Shown: one piece after another, positions 37,548 through 45,465 of the stretch
Layout of the letters: each line of letters starts with the position of its first letter
How positions within the stretch are numbered: position 1 is the stretch's first letter
NCBI GenBank assembly: GCA_964392665.1
Contig: CAYMQB010000007.1
Coordinates: 9,996-73,995 of the forward strand
Direction: 5' to 3'
Source: an uncultured bacterium
GTDB lineage: Bacteria > Hydrothermota > E44-bin80
Length of the DNA: 64,000 nt
The notes under the pieces: model-generated
Database searches by the model: none
Told to the model about the DNA's origin: nothing
Seen by the model: the letters and a program-made list of their open reading frames with translations, nothing else
Made by a program: the position numbers and the translations under genes

Positions 37548-39953
37548 TTACTTAACAATTATGATTTTCTTCGTAACGGCAAAATGTTCCGAATTAAGTG
37601 ACACAAAGTATATACCACTGCCTCTCAATGTCCCAAGATTATCTCTGCCGTCCCAAATAATTCCATATTTGCCTGGTTTACTTGTTTCATTCAGCAATGT
37701 TTTCAATGCTCTACCTGAAACGTCGTATACCTTAATGGAAATATGAGTACTAACAGGAACGCTATAAGTAATCCTGGAATATCCACTAGCTGGAGAAGTT
37801 GCCGACATTGAGAATATCAGATGACCACTGTGATAGGGTTTTTCATTGATACCGGGTGGTAAAATTTGACCGCTCCCTTCGTAAGGTCTATAATTCTGGT
37901 GGTAAGCAGTCACAGTAATATTCGCAGTACCTTCATTAATAGGATCGAAAATAACCGTTGCAATACCCGACGTATTTGTAGTATCTATCTCATAAACGGT
38001 AGAATCCTCCATTGTTGTTACAATTGCACCCACAACAGCTGCCGTATCTGTGTATGATACATCTACGGTAAAGGTATCCGGACCACCACCTGCATATCCA
38101 AACACAGAGGGATGATAAACTGCAAGTGTCTTTGGTTCATCTCTCCACATCGGCATCTCGGGATCGCCGAAGAGATTAAGTTCATAGATACACCACCTGT
38201 ATGCTGTATCATTTGCCATTGATACCCAGGCATCCTTTGATGCACAATGAGCTTCACCCAAATGATACTTGTCCTGCTGGAATATTTCGTGATAGAAGGT
38301 TGTGTCAATAACCTCGCTTGGTCCCATCATTTCGTAGGCACCAAGTCCGAATCTTGAATTCATTATACTGCCAACACAACAATTTCCTGTCCGTTCAATA
38401 TAATGTTCACCAAGGCAGTCATTTCCATTACCTCCACCCGTGTTTTCGTCCATTGCCCCTGTGAAACAACTAATTGCATTAATTATCGTATACTTATTTC
38501 CATTGCTCGAGACATCTGCATCTGAATAATCGTAAACAACGCTCCCAAAGAGGTAATAGTGACCATCCTCGTTACCATGGTCTGCATGATGACAGAAACC
38601 AAAACCGCTATTCATAGAATCTATGGTTGCCTGATGTAATCCCCAGGAAGGAAAAATATTGTCATCATAAATTTTTGCCTTGTTCCAATCCGAAGGAACT
38701 ATGTCTGCTATTGCGTTATTTACCGCGCTCCCATACCAGTCAAAACCGTGTAGAAAGAGCCAGAACAACTGTACCGCTGGCAACATAATCCTTTTTGTAT
38801 AACCAGCGGGTGGTGTTTTCTCATATGTAAGAATTTTATTAACAAAATCGTTCACCTGAGCAACGGTCTTTACCGGAGCTCTACCCACATAGACATCAGA
38901 ATACATATCTACATTGTCACCGAATTCACCGTATGTACCATTGTTATTTCCATCCCAGGTCCCATCAAGGTCTGCATAGTATAGGTCACAAGGAATGGTG
39001 TCTTCATCCGGATAAGCTCCTCCCCCTATTACGCAAAACCATACATCCCTTCTCGGGACAAACTCTTCACCATGTTCATAATCACATTGTCCTCCAAGCA
39101 AAAACCACAGTGCACCGGAATCTGCCTTTGCCTTTATGAAATTTCTAATTTTATCTGGATTATCAACACCTGTTTGGTTGGAGTATATCCAGTTTGTAGT
39201 TACAATCTCTGCTGGGACACCTTTCTTTGTCTTCCAATCTCTAAGTGGTTCAAAGGCTGAAACGAATGCCGGATCCGTCACGATGTAATAAACAGGTGAA
39301 GAATTCAGTCGTAATCTGGCAGTCGGTCCCCAGATTTCGACCTTTTCAGGATTTTCAACCATGTTTTTAACCTGTTCCGAAAAAATAGCTTTTTGTCTCG
39401 GAGTGACAGTCTTCTCGGGGCATAAAGCATATTTGTAGGTTACTTCAAAAGTAATGCTTGTAAAAAGATTAAGCCTCTTTTCTTTCGGTATGTACTGCAC
39501 GGGACAAACCCTAATAACAGCAATCTTGTAACCGCAGAGACTGCCTGTTTTTTCGTATTCAACGCTTTGTTCCGGATAAGGGTTGTATGAGTTATATAAT
39601 TCTTCTTCTGGTGGGATGAATTGAAAATCCCTTCTTGCAGATAGGGGAATGGGCCTCTGACTTGGGAGGATATTATAAGTACCAGAAATGGCAAGAATTG
39701 TAGAAGACTTTACTCTTACTTTCTTTACTTCTGCGGTAGTCGGAATAATGAAGGATATGTACCGCACGGGAAGAGAAGGTGAACCGGTTTCTACCGTTTG
39801 ATTACACCCTCTTAATCGAACCACATCATAACCGCTGGAAACAGAAAAAGAAAGGTCGGACTTTGAGAAATCTACCGTATAATTAATCTCACCCGCAAAG
39901 CCAGAAATCGAAACGACAAGAATCAGCAAACCGAGTAAAGCTCTTATCTTCAT
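37548..39953 (-). CDS. Peptidase C25 (gingipain-like) family secreted protease with T9SS C-terminal sorting domain
   Basis: Signal peptide; gingipain-like N-terminal propeptide/catalytic region (His...Cys context: HADHGNEDG, AISCFTG); C-terminal Por-secretion CTD ending in ...GIYFVSLNSEHFAVTKKIIIVK. Confidence 0.75.
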   Translation of the reverse strand: MKIRALLGLLILVVSISGFAGEINYTVDFSKSDLSFSVSSGYDVVRLRGCNQTVETGSPSLPVRYISFIIPTTAEVKKVRVKSSTILAISGTYNILPSQRPIPLSARRDFQFIPPEEELYNSYNPYPEQSVEYEKTGSLCGYKIAVIRVCPVQYIPKEKRLNLFTSITFEVTYKYALCPEKTVTPRQKAIFSEQVKNMVENPEKVEIWGPTARLRLNSSPVYYIVTDPAFVSAFEPLRDWKTKKGVPAEIVTTNWIYSNQTGVDNPDKIRNFIKAKADSGALWFLLGGQCDYEHGEEFVPRRDVWFCVIGGGAYPDEDTIPCDLYYADLDGTWDGNNNGTYGEFGDNVDMYSDVYVGRAPVKTVAQVNDFVNKILTYEKTPPAGYTKRIMLPAVQLFWLFLHGFDWYGSAVNNAIADIVPSDWNKAKIYDDNIFPSWGLHQATIDSMNSGFGFCHHADHGNEDGHYYLFGSVVYDYSDADVSSNGNKYTIINAISCFTGAMDENTGGGNGNDCLGEHYIERTGNCCVGSIMNSRFGLGAYEMMGPSEVIDTTFYHEIFQQDKYHLGEAHCASKDAWVSMANDTAYRWCIYELNLFGDPEMPMWRDEPKTLAVYHPSVFGYAGGGPDTFTVDVSYTDTAAVVGAIVTTMEDSTVYEIDTTNTSGIATVIFDPINEGTANITVTAYHQNYRPYEGSGQILPPGINEKPYHSGHLIFSMSATSPASGYSRITYSVPVSTHISIKVYDVSGRALKTLLNETSKPGKYGIIWDGRDNLGTLRGSGIYFVSLNSEHFAVTKKIIIVK

Positions 39954-40082
39954 ATCTTCTCTTTGGACATTATAAGTTTCAAACCTTAGTAAACCAATTG
40001 CGGTTATTTGTTCTGTTACTAAGAATTTTATGTCAGAAAACTACGATTGTCAAGCAAATTTTCTTCCTATTCCCATTAGTCA

Positions 40083-40309
40083 TTGCGGCTACTTATAAAA
40101 AAGGCAGGCTTATGCCCCATTTTCACCCCAATTTTTAAAAACGAGATTGCTTCGTTTAAAATAACTGATGCATACTTGCAGTGAGTGCCAAAGCCAAAGG
40201 ATAAATATGCAGTTGTGCTACAACAAAGTAGGTTCAGATTTTGTTCTGCGAATGTAAGGCTTTGGAAACAGTAATTTACGCAACTTTAAGGTTGCGGCTA
40301 CTTATAAAA
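40083..40309. repeat. Pair of identical 18-nt direct repeats TTGCGGCTACTTATAAAA (40083-40100 and 40292-40309) in a 380-nt intergenic region
   Basis: Exact 18-mer duplicated 209 nt apart; a degenerate third copy (ATTGCGGTTATTT) sits near 40000. Confidence 0.8.
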
Positions 40310-40333
40310 TGTGAACTTGTCCAGTAATCGGCC

Positions 40334-40903
40334 CTACTTCGACCACTTCGGACTAACTATCTTAAAGGTCGCATCCTTTTTGAAGGTTTCATCGCTGCCT
40401 TCTTCTATGTACAAGTGGCTGTCTTTCTGTCTTATGTAGTACCCTGGATAATTGTAAGATTCAAATGATGCCCCTGAAGTTTTTGCTAAGCCCTCTACCT
40501 TTTTGAACGTTGCATCTTTTTTGAATAATTCATCATCACTATATTCGTTTAATTTAACTCGGAAGTCCTCGTGCCTTAAATAGTATTTAGGATAGTTAAT
40601 CGATTCGAATGAAATGCATTTACTGTCAGCTAAACCCGATACGATCTTAAAAGTTGCGTCCTTTTTATCCAAGTCCGAACTTATTGTAGTAATCTCACCG
40701 AGAAAATCCCTGTGCCGAACGAAATGGTTGGAATCATTATATGATTGTAAAGAGAAAGTATTAGATTTAGTCTGTACAGGTTCGGATTCATCCTTTCCAT
40801 CTTTGGTGCCGCAACCAATAAACAAGGTCACCAGCAGTCCTATAAGGACAAGTATAATGAATTTTCTTCTCATCCTTACCTCCTTTCTTTTCAGGGGCAA
40901 CAT
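40334..40903 (-). CDS. Lipoprotein with three tandem CBM42/AbfB-like (arabinofuranose-binding) modules
   Basis: Lipobox LFIGC; three about 45-aa repeats KDATFKIVSGLA...SFES.NYPgYY(L/I)R(H/Q).D matching the AbfB ricin-like domain signature. Confidence 0.55.
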   Translation of the reverse strand: MLPLKRKEVRMRRKFIILVLIGLLVTLFIGCGTKDGKDESEPVQTKSNTFSLQSYNDSNHFVRHRDFLGEITTISSDLDKKDATFKIVSGLADSKCISFESINYPKYYLRHEDFRVKLNEYSDDELFKKDATFKKVEGLAKTSGASFESYNYPGYYIRQKDSHLYIEEGSDETFKKDATFKIVSPKWSK

Positions 40904-40961
40904 GCCCTGTCATATACCATACGCTACATTACACCCCTCTCGTGAGGGGATTGTATCACTT

Positions 40962-42083
40962 CTACCCAAGTTCTTTGAGTTCGTCTTCTTTGAAGGTTAC
41001 AAGTGGTGCTTCTTCTTCTAAATCTCTACCAGGTTTGTAATCAAAAGCTGCCTGTGTTTCATCGCCGATAAGGTGGAAAAGTTCATAAACCTTTATATCA
41101 TTTGGGCAGGCATCGCTGCATAAACCGCAACCAATGCACGAAGTTGACATATGCGAAAGCCTTCCGAGGTGAAAGAAAATTGTATCTGTTGGCAATTTCA
41201 CTGCACCCTTTTTTTCTGCCCAACCAAGAAAATTAAGCGCGGTAAACTCAAATGTGGGTGATTCCCAGAAACATTCCTTACAGAAACAGATTGGACACTG
41301 TCCCATACAATTATGACAATCAATGCATTTCGAAAAATATTTTAGCAATCCGTCTATACTTACAACTTGTTTTTTCGTCTCTTCCTTTACCTTTTCCCAT
41401 TTTTCCTTTCTTGTATCCCCTATTTTTTGCAGTTTTTCATCCCGCTTTTTCGCTTCGCTTTTTTCCAAACCGAGTTTGGCAACTATTTCCTTCCCTTTGT
41501 TTGTATTACCCTCTACAATATATCCGTCACCTTCGGTACCGATAAAACCAATACCAATATCAGCAAAATCAGTTGGAAAGAAATTCTCGCACAGTTTACA
41601 AGCATCTCTTATGTTCTCGTCCTGCTCGCCTTTCGCGAGATTTTTGGAAAAGTATTCTGAATCGATATCTTTACCACTACCGAGCGCATCCTCGTAGTAG
41701 TCTGTCTTGTAAGCGCCCATACAGTCATAGCTTATGAGGATAAGATTATCGAGTGTTACCTGTTTGAATTTAGCCAATTCCAACAATGTCCGTAGTTCAC
41801 AGGGTTTAAGAAAAACAAGGATCTTTTCAGGTGAAGAAGAAAACTTAGTTATTTTCGACACCAGAGCAGCAGTACTTACGGGAAGTACAGGAGCAATTGG
41901 TTTTGCACTTTCCAAAAGTTCTTTGTTCTTTACAAGTGTTGGAAAAACATTGTTCTTGGATGGAATAAGCATTGGAATAACAATGTTAGTAATTTTATTA
42001 TTTTCCATTATCTGCAGAAGGAATTCTTTTAGGTTTTTATTCGGGTTATCACCTGCCACATTTAATTTATATTTTTCACCCAT
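40962..42083 (-). CDS. FrhB/FdhB-family iron-sulfur flavoprotein-like subunit
   Basis: FrhB_FdhB N-domain-like segment (ILVFLKPCELRTLLELAK), two Cys clusters (CIDCHNCMGQCP; CIGCGLCSDACP). Confidence 0.55.
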   Translation of the reverse strand: MGEKYKLNVAGDNPNKNLKEFLLQIMENNKITNIVIPMLIPSKNNVFPTLVKNKELLESAKPIAPVLPVSTAALVSKITKFSSSPEKILVFLKPCELRTLLELAKFKQVTLDNLILISYDCMGAYKTDYYEDALGSGKDIDSEYFSKNLAKGEQDENIRDACKLCENFFPTDFADIGIGFIGTEGDGYIVEGNTNKGKEIVAKLGLEKSEAKKRDEKLQKIGDTRKEKWEKVKEETKKQVVSIDGLLKYFSKCIDCHNCMGQCPICFCKECFWESPTFEFTALNFLGWAEKKGAVKLPTDTIFFHLGRLSHMSTSCIGCGLCSDACPNDIKVYELFHLIGDETQAAFDYKPGRDLEEEAPLVTFKEDELKELG

Positions 42084-42176
42084 ACTATCTCCTTTATGCT
42101 TTGTTTAGATACTAATTAACAGATACTCACTGATTGACTATCAAATAATTAGGTTGAACTTCTCTATATATTCTCT

Positions 42177-42592
42177 CTATACCGACCACTTTTTCCCTAT
42201 ATCTGATGGCCCCAGTTCTCTGATATGTTCCGTAAATTCCTTCATCGTTTGAGCGAATTTTCTTCCTTCGCTCGCACTTATCCATCTGAGCCAAAGTCTT
42301 CTCTGGTCCAGTCCTAAAGTTTTCATTATCGTTTCGAGAGTCTTTATTCGTCTCCTTGCTTTGTAGTTTCCCGATACATAGTGACAATCTCCCGGATGAC
42401 ATCCACCAATAATAACACCATCCGCACCTTCCAGAAAAGCCCGCCACACATAAGCAGTGTCTACTGAGCCCGAGCACATTACCCTGATGGGTCTGATATT
42501 GGGTGGATACTGCATTCTTGAGGTTCCTGCAAGATCGGCAGCGCTCGACGTACACCAGTTGCAAAAAAAACCTACAAGTTTTGGTTCAAATT
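42177..42592 (-). CDS. mvhD: MvhD-like (methyl-viologen-reducing hydrogenase delta subunit) Fe-S protein
   Basis: KLVGFFCNWCTSSAADLAGTSRMQYPPNIRPIRVMCSG is the canonical MvhD/FlxD signature. Start set at Met 42592 (MAGKFEP), which follows an AGGAGGGA SD. Confidence 0.8.
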
Positions 42593-42683
42593 TACCTGCC
42601 ATGTTCCCTCCTATGCAAATATTCAGCAAAATACGTGTTGAAACTTTCTAACTTAAAACTATGAACTCGTGTATTGTTTTAAG

Positions 42684-42700
42684 GTTACGATGCTCGTAAC
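42684..42700 (-). other. Perfect 7-bp stem / 3-nt loop hairpin (GTTACGA-NNN-TCGTAAC) in the sdhA-like/mvhD spacer
   Basis: Seen directly; not followed by a U-tract. Confidence 0.4.
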
Positions 42701-42758
42701 GTCTCACGGTTATGTCTTACGGGCATCTTTGCCTTATCCGTTACCAAAAACACATCCT

Positions 42759-44453
42759 TCATTCTTCTTCATAAAATCCTGTCACGCCTCCCCCAAGAAA
42801 CGGGTCGAATTCTTTCCTATGTTTTCTAATAACCTCGAAGTTTCTATAATCAGGCAAAAGAATAGGCGCAATTCTCTTCGTCTCTATTCCTGCATCTTTA
42901 ATTTCTTTCTCATATTTTCGAATATGGTCAAAATGAAGTTTTCCCAGTGTTACTTCCTTTGCTCGCTCCGCAGCGTTTATACCTGCCCTTCTTCCAAATA
43001 CATTATAATCAAGAACCGAGTTACCCATTAGTCTGTTTCTTCCATGAAGACCTCCGGATGCTTCCCCTGCAATGTAAAGGTTTGGAAGGTTTGTTTCACA
43101 CTTACTATTTATCTCTATTCCGCCATTTTGATAATGCAGCGTTGGAAAAACAAGCATTGGGTATTTGGAAATATCTATCTCGAATCTGTGATATTGCCTG
43201 ACCATTGCAGGCAACGCTTTCCCTATGGTTCCAGGACCACTCAAAATATCTATAATTGGCGAATCGAGCCATATGCCTACTCTACCTGCTGGTGTCTTTA
43301 TGCCTTTATCCCTTTCCGTGCACTCTCTTATAAAGGCAGATGCCTCAACATCTCTTGGTTCAAGAGGAAATACGAAAAGTTCACCAAATTTGTTGACAGG
43401 CTGACCCCCAAGCCCTCTTACCTTTTCCGTAACAAGAAATCCAAGTATCTGTTCAGGGAAAACCGCACCGGTCGGATGATACTGAACAGTATCCATATAG
43501 ATTAATCTTGCGCCAGCTCTGTATGCAATAACAAGACCATCCGCTGTTGCACCATAATGGTTCGTTGTAGCAAAACCCTGGAGATGCAATCTTCCAAAAC
43601 CACCGGTCGTAATGATAGTTGTCTTAGCCTTGACAATCACATATTCTTCAGTTTCGGTCTGATACAGAAGTGCACCTGCAACCTGACCTTTATCGTCCAG
43701 TAAGAGCTCTATCGCAGGTGTATATTCAAGAATCGTAATATCCTCCGGGTGGTTTTTTACCTCATCCCTTAGGGTTCTCATTATCTCTGCACCTGTGTAA
43801 TCTCGACAGGATAACATCCTTCTTCGTGAAGTTCCTCCGCCTGCTTTTGTTGAAAGTGTTCCATCCTCTTCCTTATCCCACATAACACCCAGTTCTTCCA
43901 GATAGGCGGTAATCATAGGTGCATCCATTGTTGCTGCTCGAACAAGTTTGGGCTTATTATCGAAATGTCCGCCACCAATAATGTCCAGATAGTGTATTAT
44001 GGGAGAATCGTGTGGGTTAATAGATGCCTGCATTCCACCTTGTGACATCATAGAATTGGAATCACCAATCCTCAACTTCGTAGAAACAACTACTTTTGCA
44101 CCATGTTTTTGTGCCCATATCGCTGCCATCGACCCCCCCCCACCACCACCGATAATGAGTACGTCAACATCGAAATCTACTTTAGAAAGGTCAACATCAT
44201 CTGGATTAATCCGCGAATGTGATTCAAGTATATCTACAACTTTCGTAATCAGCTTTTCGCCTTTATTCGGACCAATTCTTATTGACTTCCTCGCTTTTTC
44301 TTTATAATCCGGGTGAAATTTGTTGAGCAGTTCGTCCCTTTCTTTAAGCGTAGTCGGCTCAACTACCGGCTTGCCTAATTTTGCAAGTTCGACACGTTTA
44401 GGTCTTGTTTTCTCGACAAGTTTCAGTGATTCCATCATATATTCAGGATACAT
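42759..44453 (-). CDS. Fumarate reductase/succinate dehydrogenase flavoprotein-like subunit (SdhA/FrdA/TfrA-like)
   Basis: FAD-binding GxGxxG (LIIGGGGGGS), substrate HPT (QYHPTGAV), HYxxGG (HYQNGGIEIN) and C-terminal AGEASGGLHGRNRLMGNSVLD motifs. It carries a 90-aa N-terminal extension. L-aspartate oxidase is not fully excluded. Confidence 0.7.
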   Translation of the reverse strand: MYPEYMMESLKLVEKTRPKRVELAKLGKPVVEPTTLKERDELLNKFHPDYKEKARKSIRIGPNKGEKLITKVVDILESHSRINPDDVDLSKVDFDVDVLIIGGGGGGSMAAIWAQKHGAKVVVSTKLRIGDSNSMMSQGGMQASINPHDSPIIHYLDIIGGGHFDNKPKLVRAATMDAPMITAYLEELGVMWDKEEDGTLSTKAGGGTSRRRMLSCRDYTGAEIMRTLRDEVKNHPEDITILEYTPAIELLLDDKGQVAGALLYQTETEEYVIVKAKTTIITTGGFGRLHLQGFATTNHYGATADGLVIAYRAGARLIYMDTVQYHPTGAVFPEQILGFLVTEKVRGLGGQPVNKFGELFVFPLEPRDVEASAFIRECTERDKGIKTPAGRVGIWLDSPIIDILSGPGTIGKALPAMVRQYHRFEIDISKYPMLVFPTLHYQNGGIEINSKCETNLPNLYIAGEASGGLHGRNRLMGNSVLDYNVFGRRAGINAAERAKEVTLGKLHFDHIRKYEKEIKDAGIETKRIAPILLPDYRNFEVIRKHRKEFDPFLGGGVTGFYEEE

Positions 44454-44486
44454 TATTTTTCCTCCTTATTTCGCGATAGTAATCGG

Positions 44487-44515
44487 GAAATTAAGAAATT
44501 AGAAATTGCGAAATT
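44487..44515. repeat. 29-nt AAUUUC-repeat element upstream of the sdhA-like gene (copy B)
   Basis: GAAATTAAGAAATTAGAAATTGCGAAATT; 27/29 identical to copy at 45320-45348. Confidence 0.8.
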
Positions 44516-44603
44516 CATGAAGATAGTTTCCTTTTTGATTTTCGTACTTCCATACTTTTGTAATTTTGAACTTGCTTTTTTCTCATTTTCACAATTTCTT
44601 CTT

Positions 44604-45296
44604 TTATGTTATATCAAAATCCAGCGATCTCTCTTTATATTTTTGTTTTAATTGTTCCGTGGGCATATTCATAATTTCTTCCATATCTCTATCGAATTTT
44701 CCTTCCTCTATTTCCTTAATTCGCGCGAACATTTGATTCGACCTCTTCGTAAGATACCTTCCGTATAATCTCCTTGCCAGAATCGCAACATTATATTGCG
44801 CCATCTCAGCCGGACACCTTATTGTGCATAAGCCACACATAATACAATCGAATGACATGTCTGCTGCCAACCAGATATCTCCTCTAATGATAGCATTTAC
44901 ATAGTCCATCACTTCTATTTCCTGAGGACAAATCTTTGTGCAGGTATTACAGGATACGCATCTAAAAACCTCGGGATAAAGCTTCGTAAAACTGGAGACA
45001 TCGGGTTTCAATTCTTCAACATTATATATTGCTTTTTGCGCGGGTGTAAAAGGAATCTGAGCAAGGTACATCCCTGGTTGAACCACAGTTTGACAGGCGA
45101 GACCACCTATAAGTTTGAAATCTCCTGCTAATCTATAAACGGTTGCACAGGCACCACAAAATCCTTCCCTACAACCAATACCCTTTTTTAATTGGAAACC
45201 CGCATATTCAAGTGCATCAATGATCGTAGAACCTTCCGGTACAAGGACTTTTTCGCCGATTATGTAAATTGGTATCATGTTTTTTTCAGGTTCCAT
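44604..45296 (-). CDS. Succinate dehydrogenase/fumarate reductase iron-sulfur subunit-like (SdhB/TfrB-like, soluble type)
   Basis: N-terminal 2Fe-2S motif CREGFCGACA plus two full CxxCxxCxxxCP 4Fe-4S motifs (no 3Fe-4S-type CxxxxxC), as in soluble thiol:fumarate reductases. Confidence 0.7.
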   Translation of the reverse strand: MEPEKNMIPIYIIGEKVLVPEGSTIIDALEYAGFQLKKGIGCREGFCGACATVYRLAGDFKLIGGLACQTVVQPGMYLAQIPFTPAQKAIYNVEELKPDVSSFTKLYPEVFRCVSCNTCTKICPQEIEVMDYVNAIIRGDIWLAADMSFDCIMCGLCTIRCPAEMAQYNVAILARRLYGRYLTKRSNQMFARIKEIEEGKFDRDMEEIMNMPTEQLKQKYKERSLDFDIT

Positions 45297-45319
45297 TAAA
45301 ACCTCCTAAATAAAAATGC

Positions 45320-45348
45320 GAAATTAAGAAATTAGAAATTAGGAAATT
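45320..45348. repeat. 29-nt AAUUUC-repeat element upstream of the sdhB-like gene (copy A)
   Basis: GAAATTAAGAAATTAGAAATTAGGAAATT. The spacer further upstream contains (C/T)GAAAAT iterations. Confidence 0.8.
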
Positions 45349-45465
45349 GTTTCTTTTTGTGTTTATCCTGATTTTCGTAATTCCCATTTTCGCATTTTCG
45401 TCTGTTAAGAACATTCTACTCATTTTCCCTTCTGTATTTTCCTATTTTCGTGGTTTTCTCTTTTG

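Noticed and set aside
42759-44453. Calling the SdhA-like protein L-aspartate oxidase (nadB)
   Set aside because: It sits next to an SdhB-type Fe-S subunit and within an Hdr cluster, with no nadA/nadC nearby, so a fumarate-reductase-type flavoprotein is favoured. NadB cannot be strictly excluded without phylogeny.
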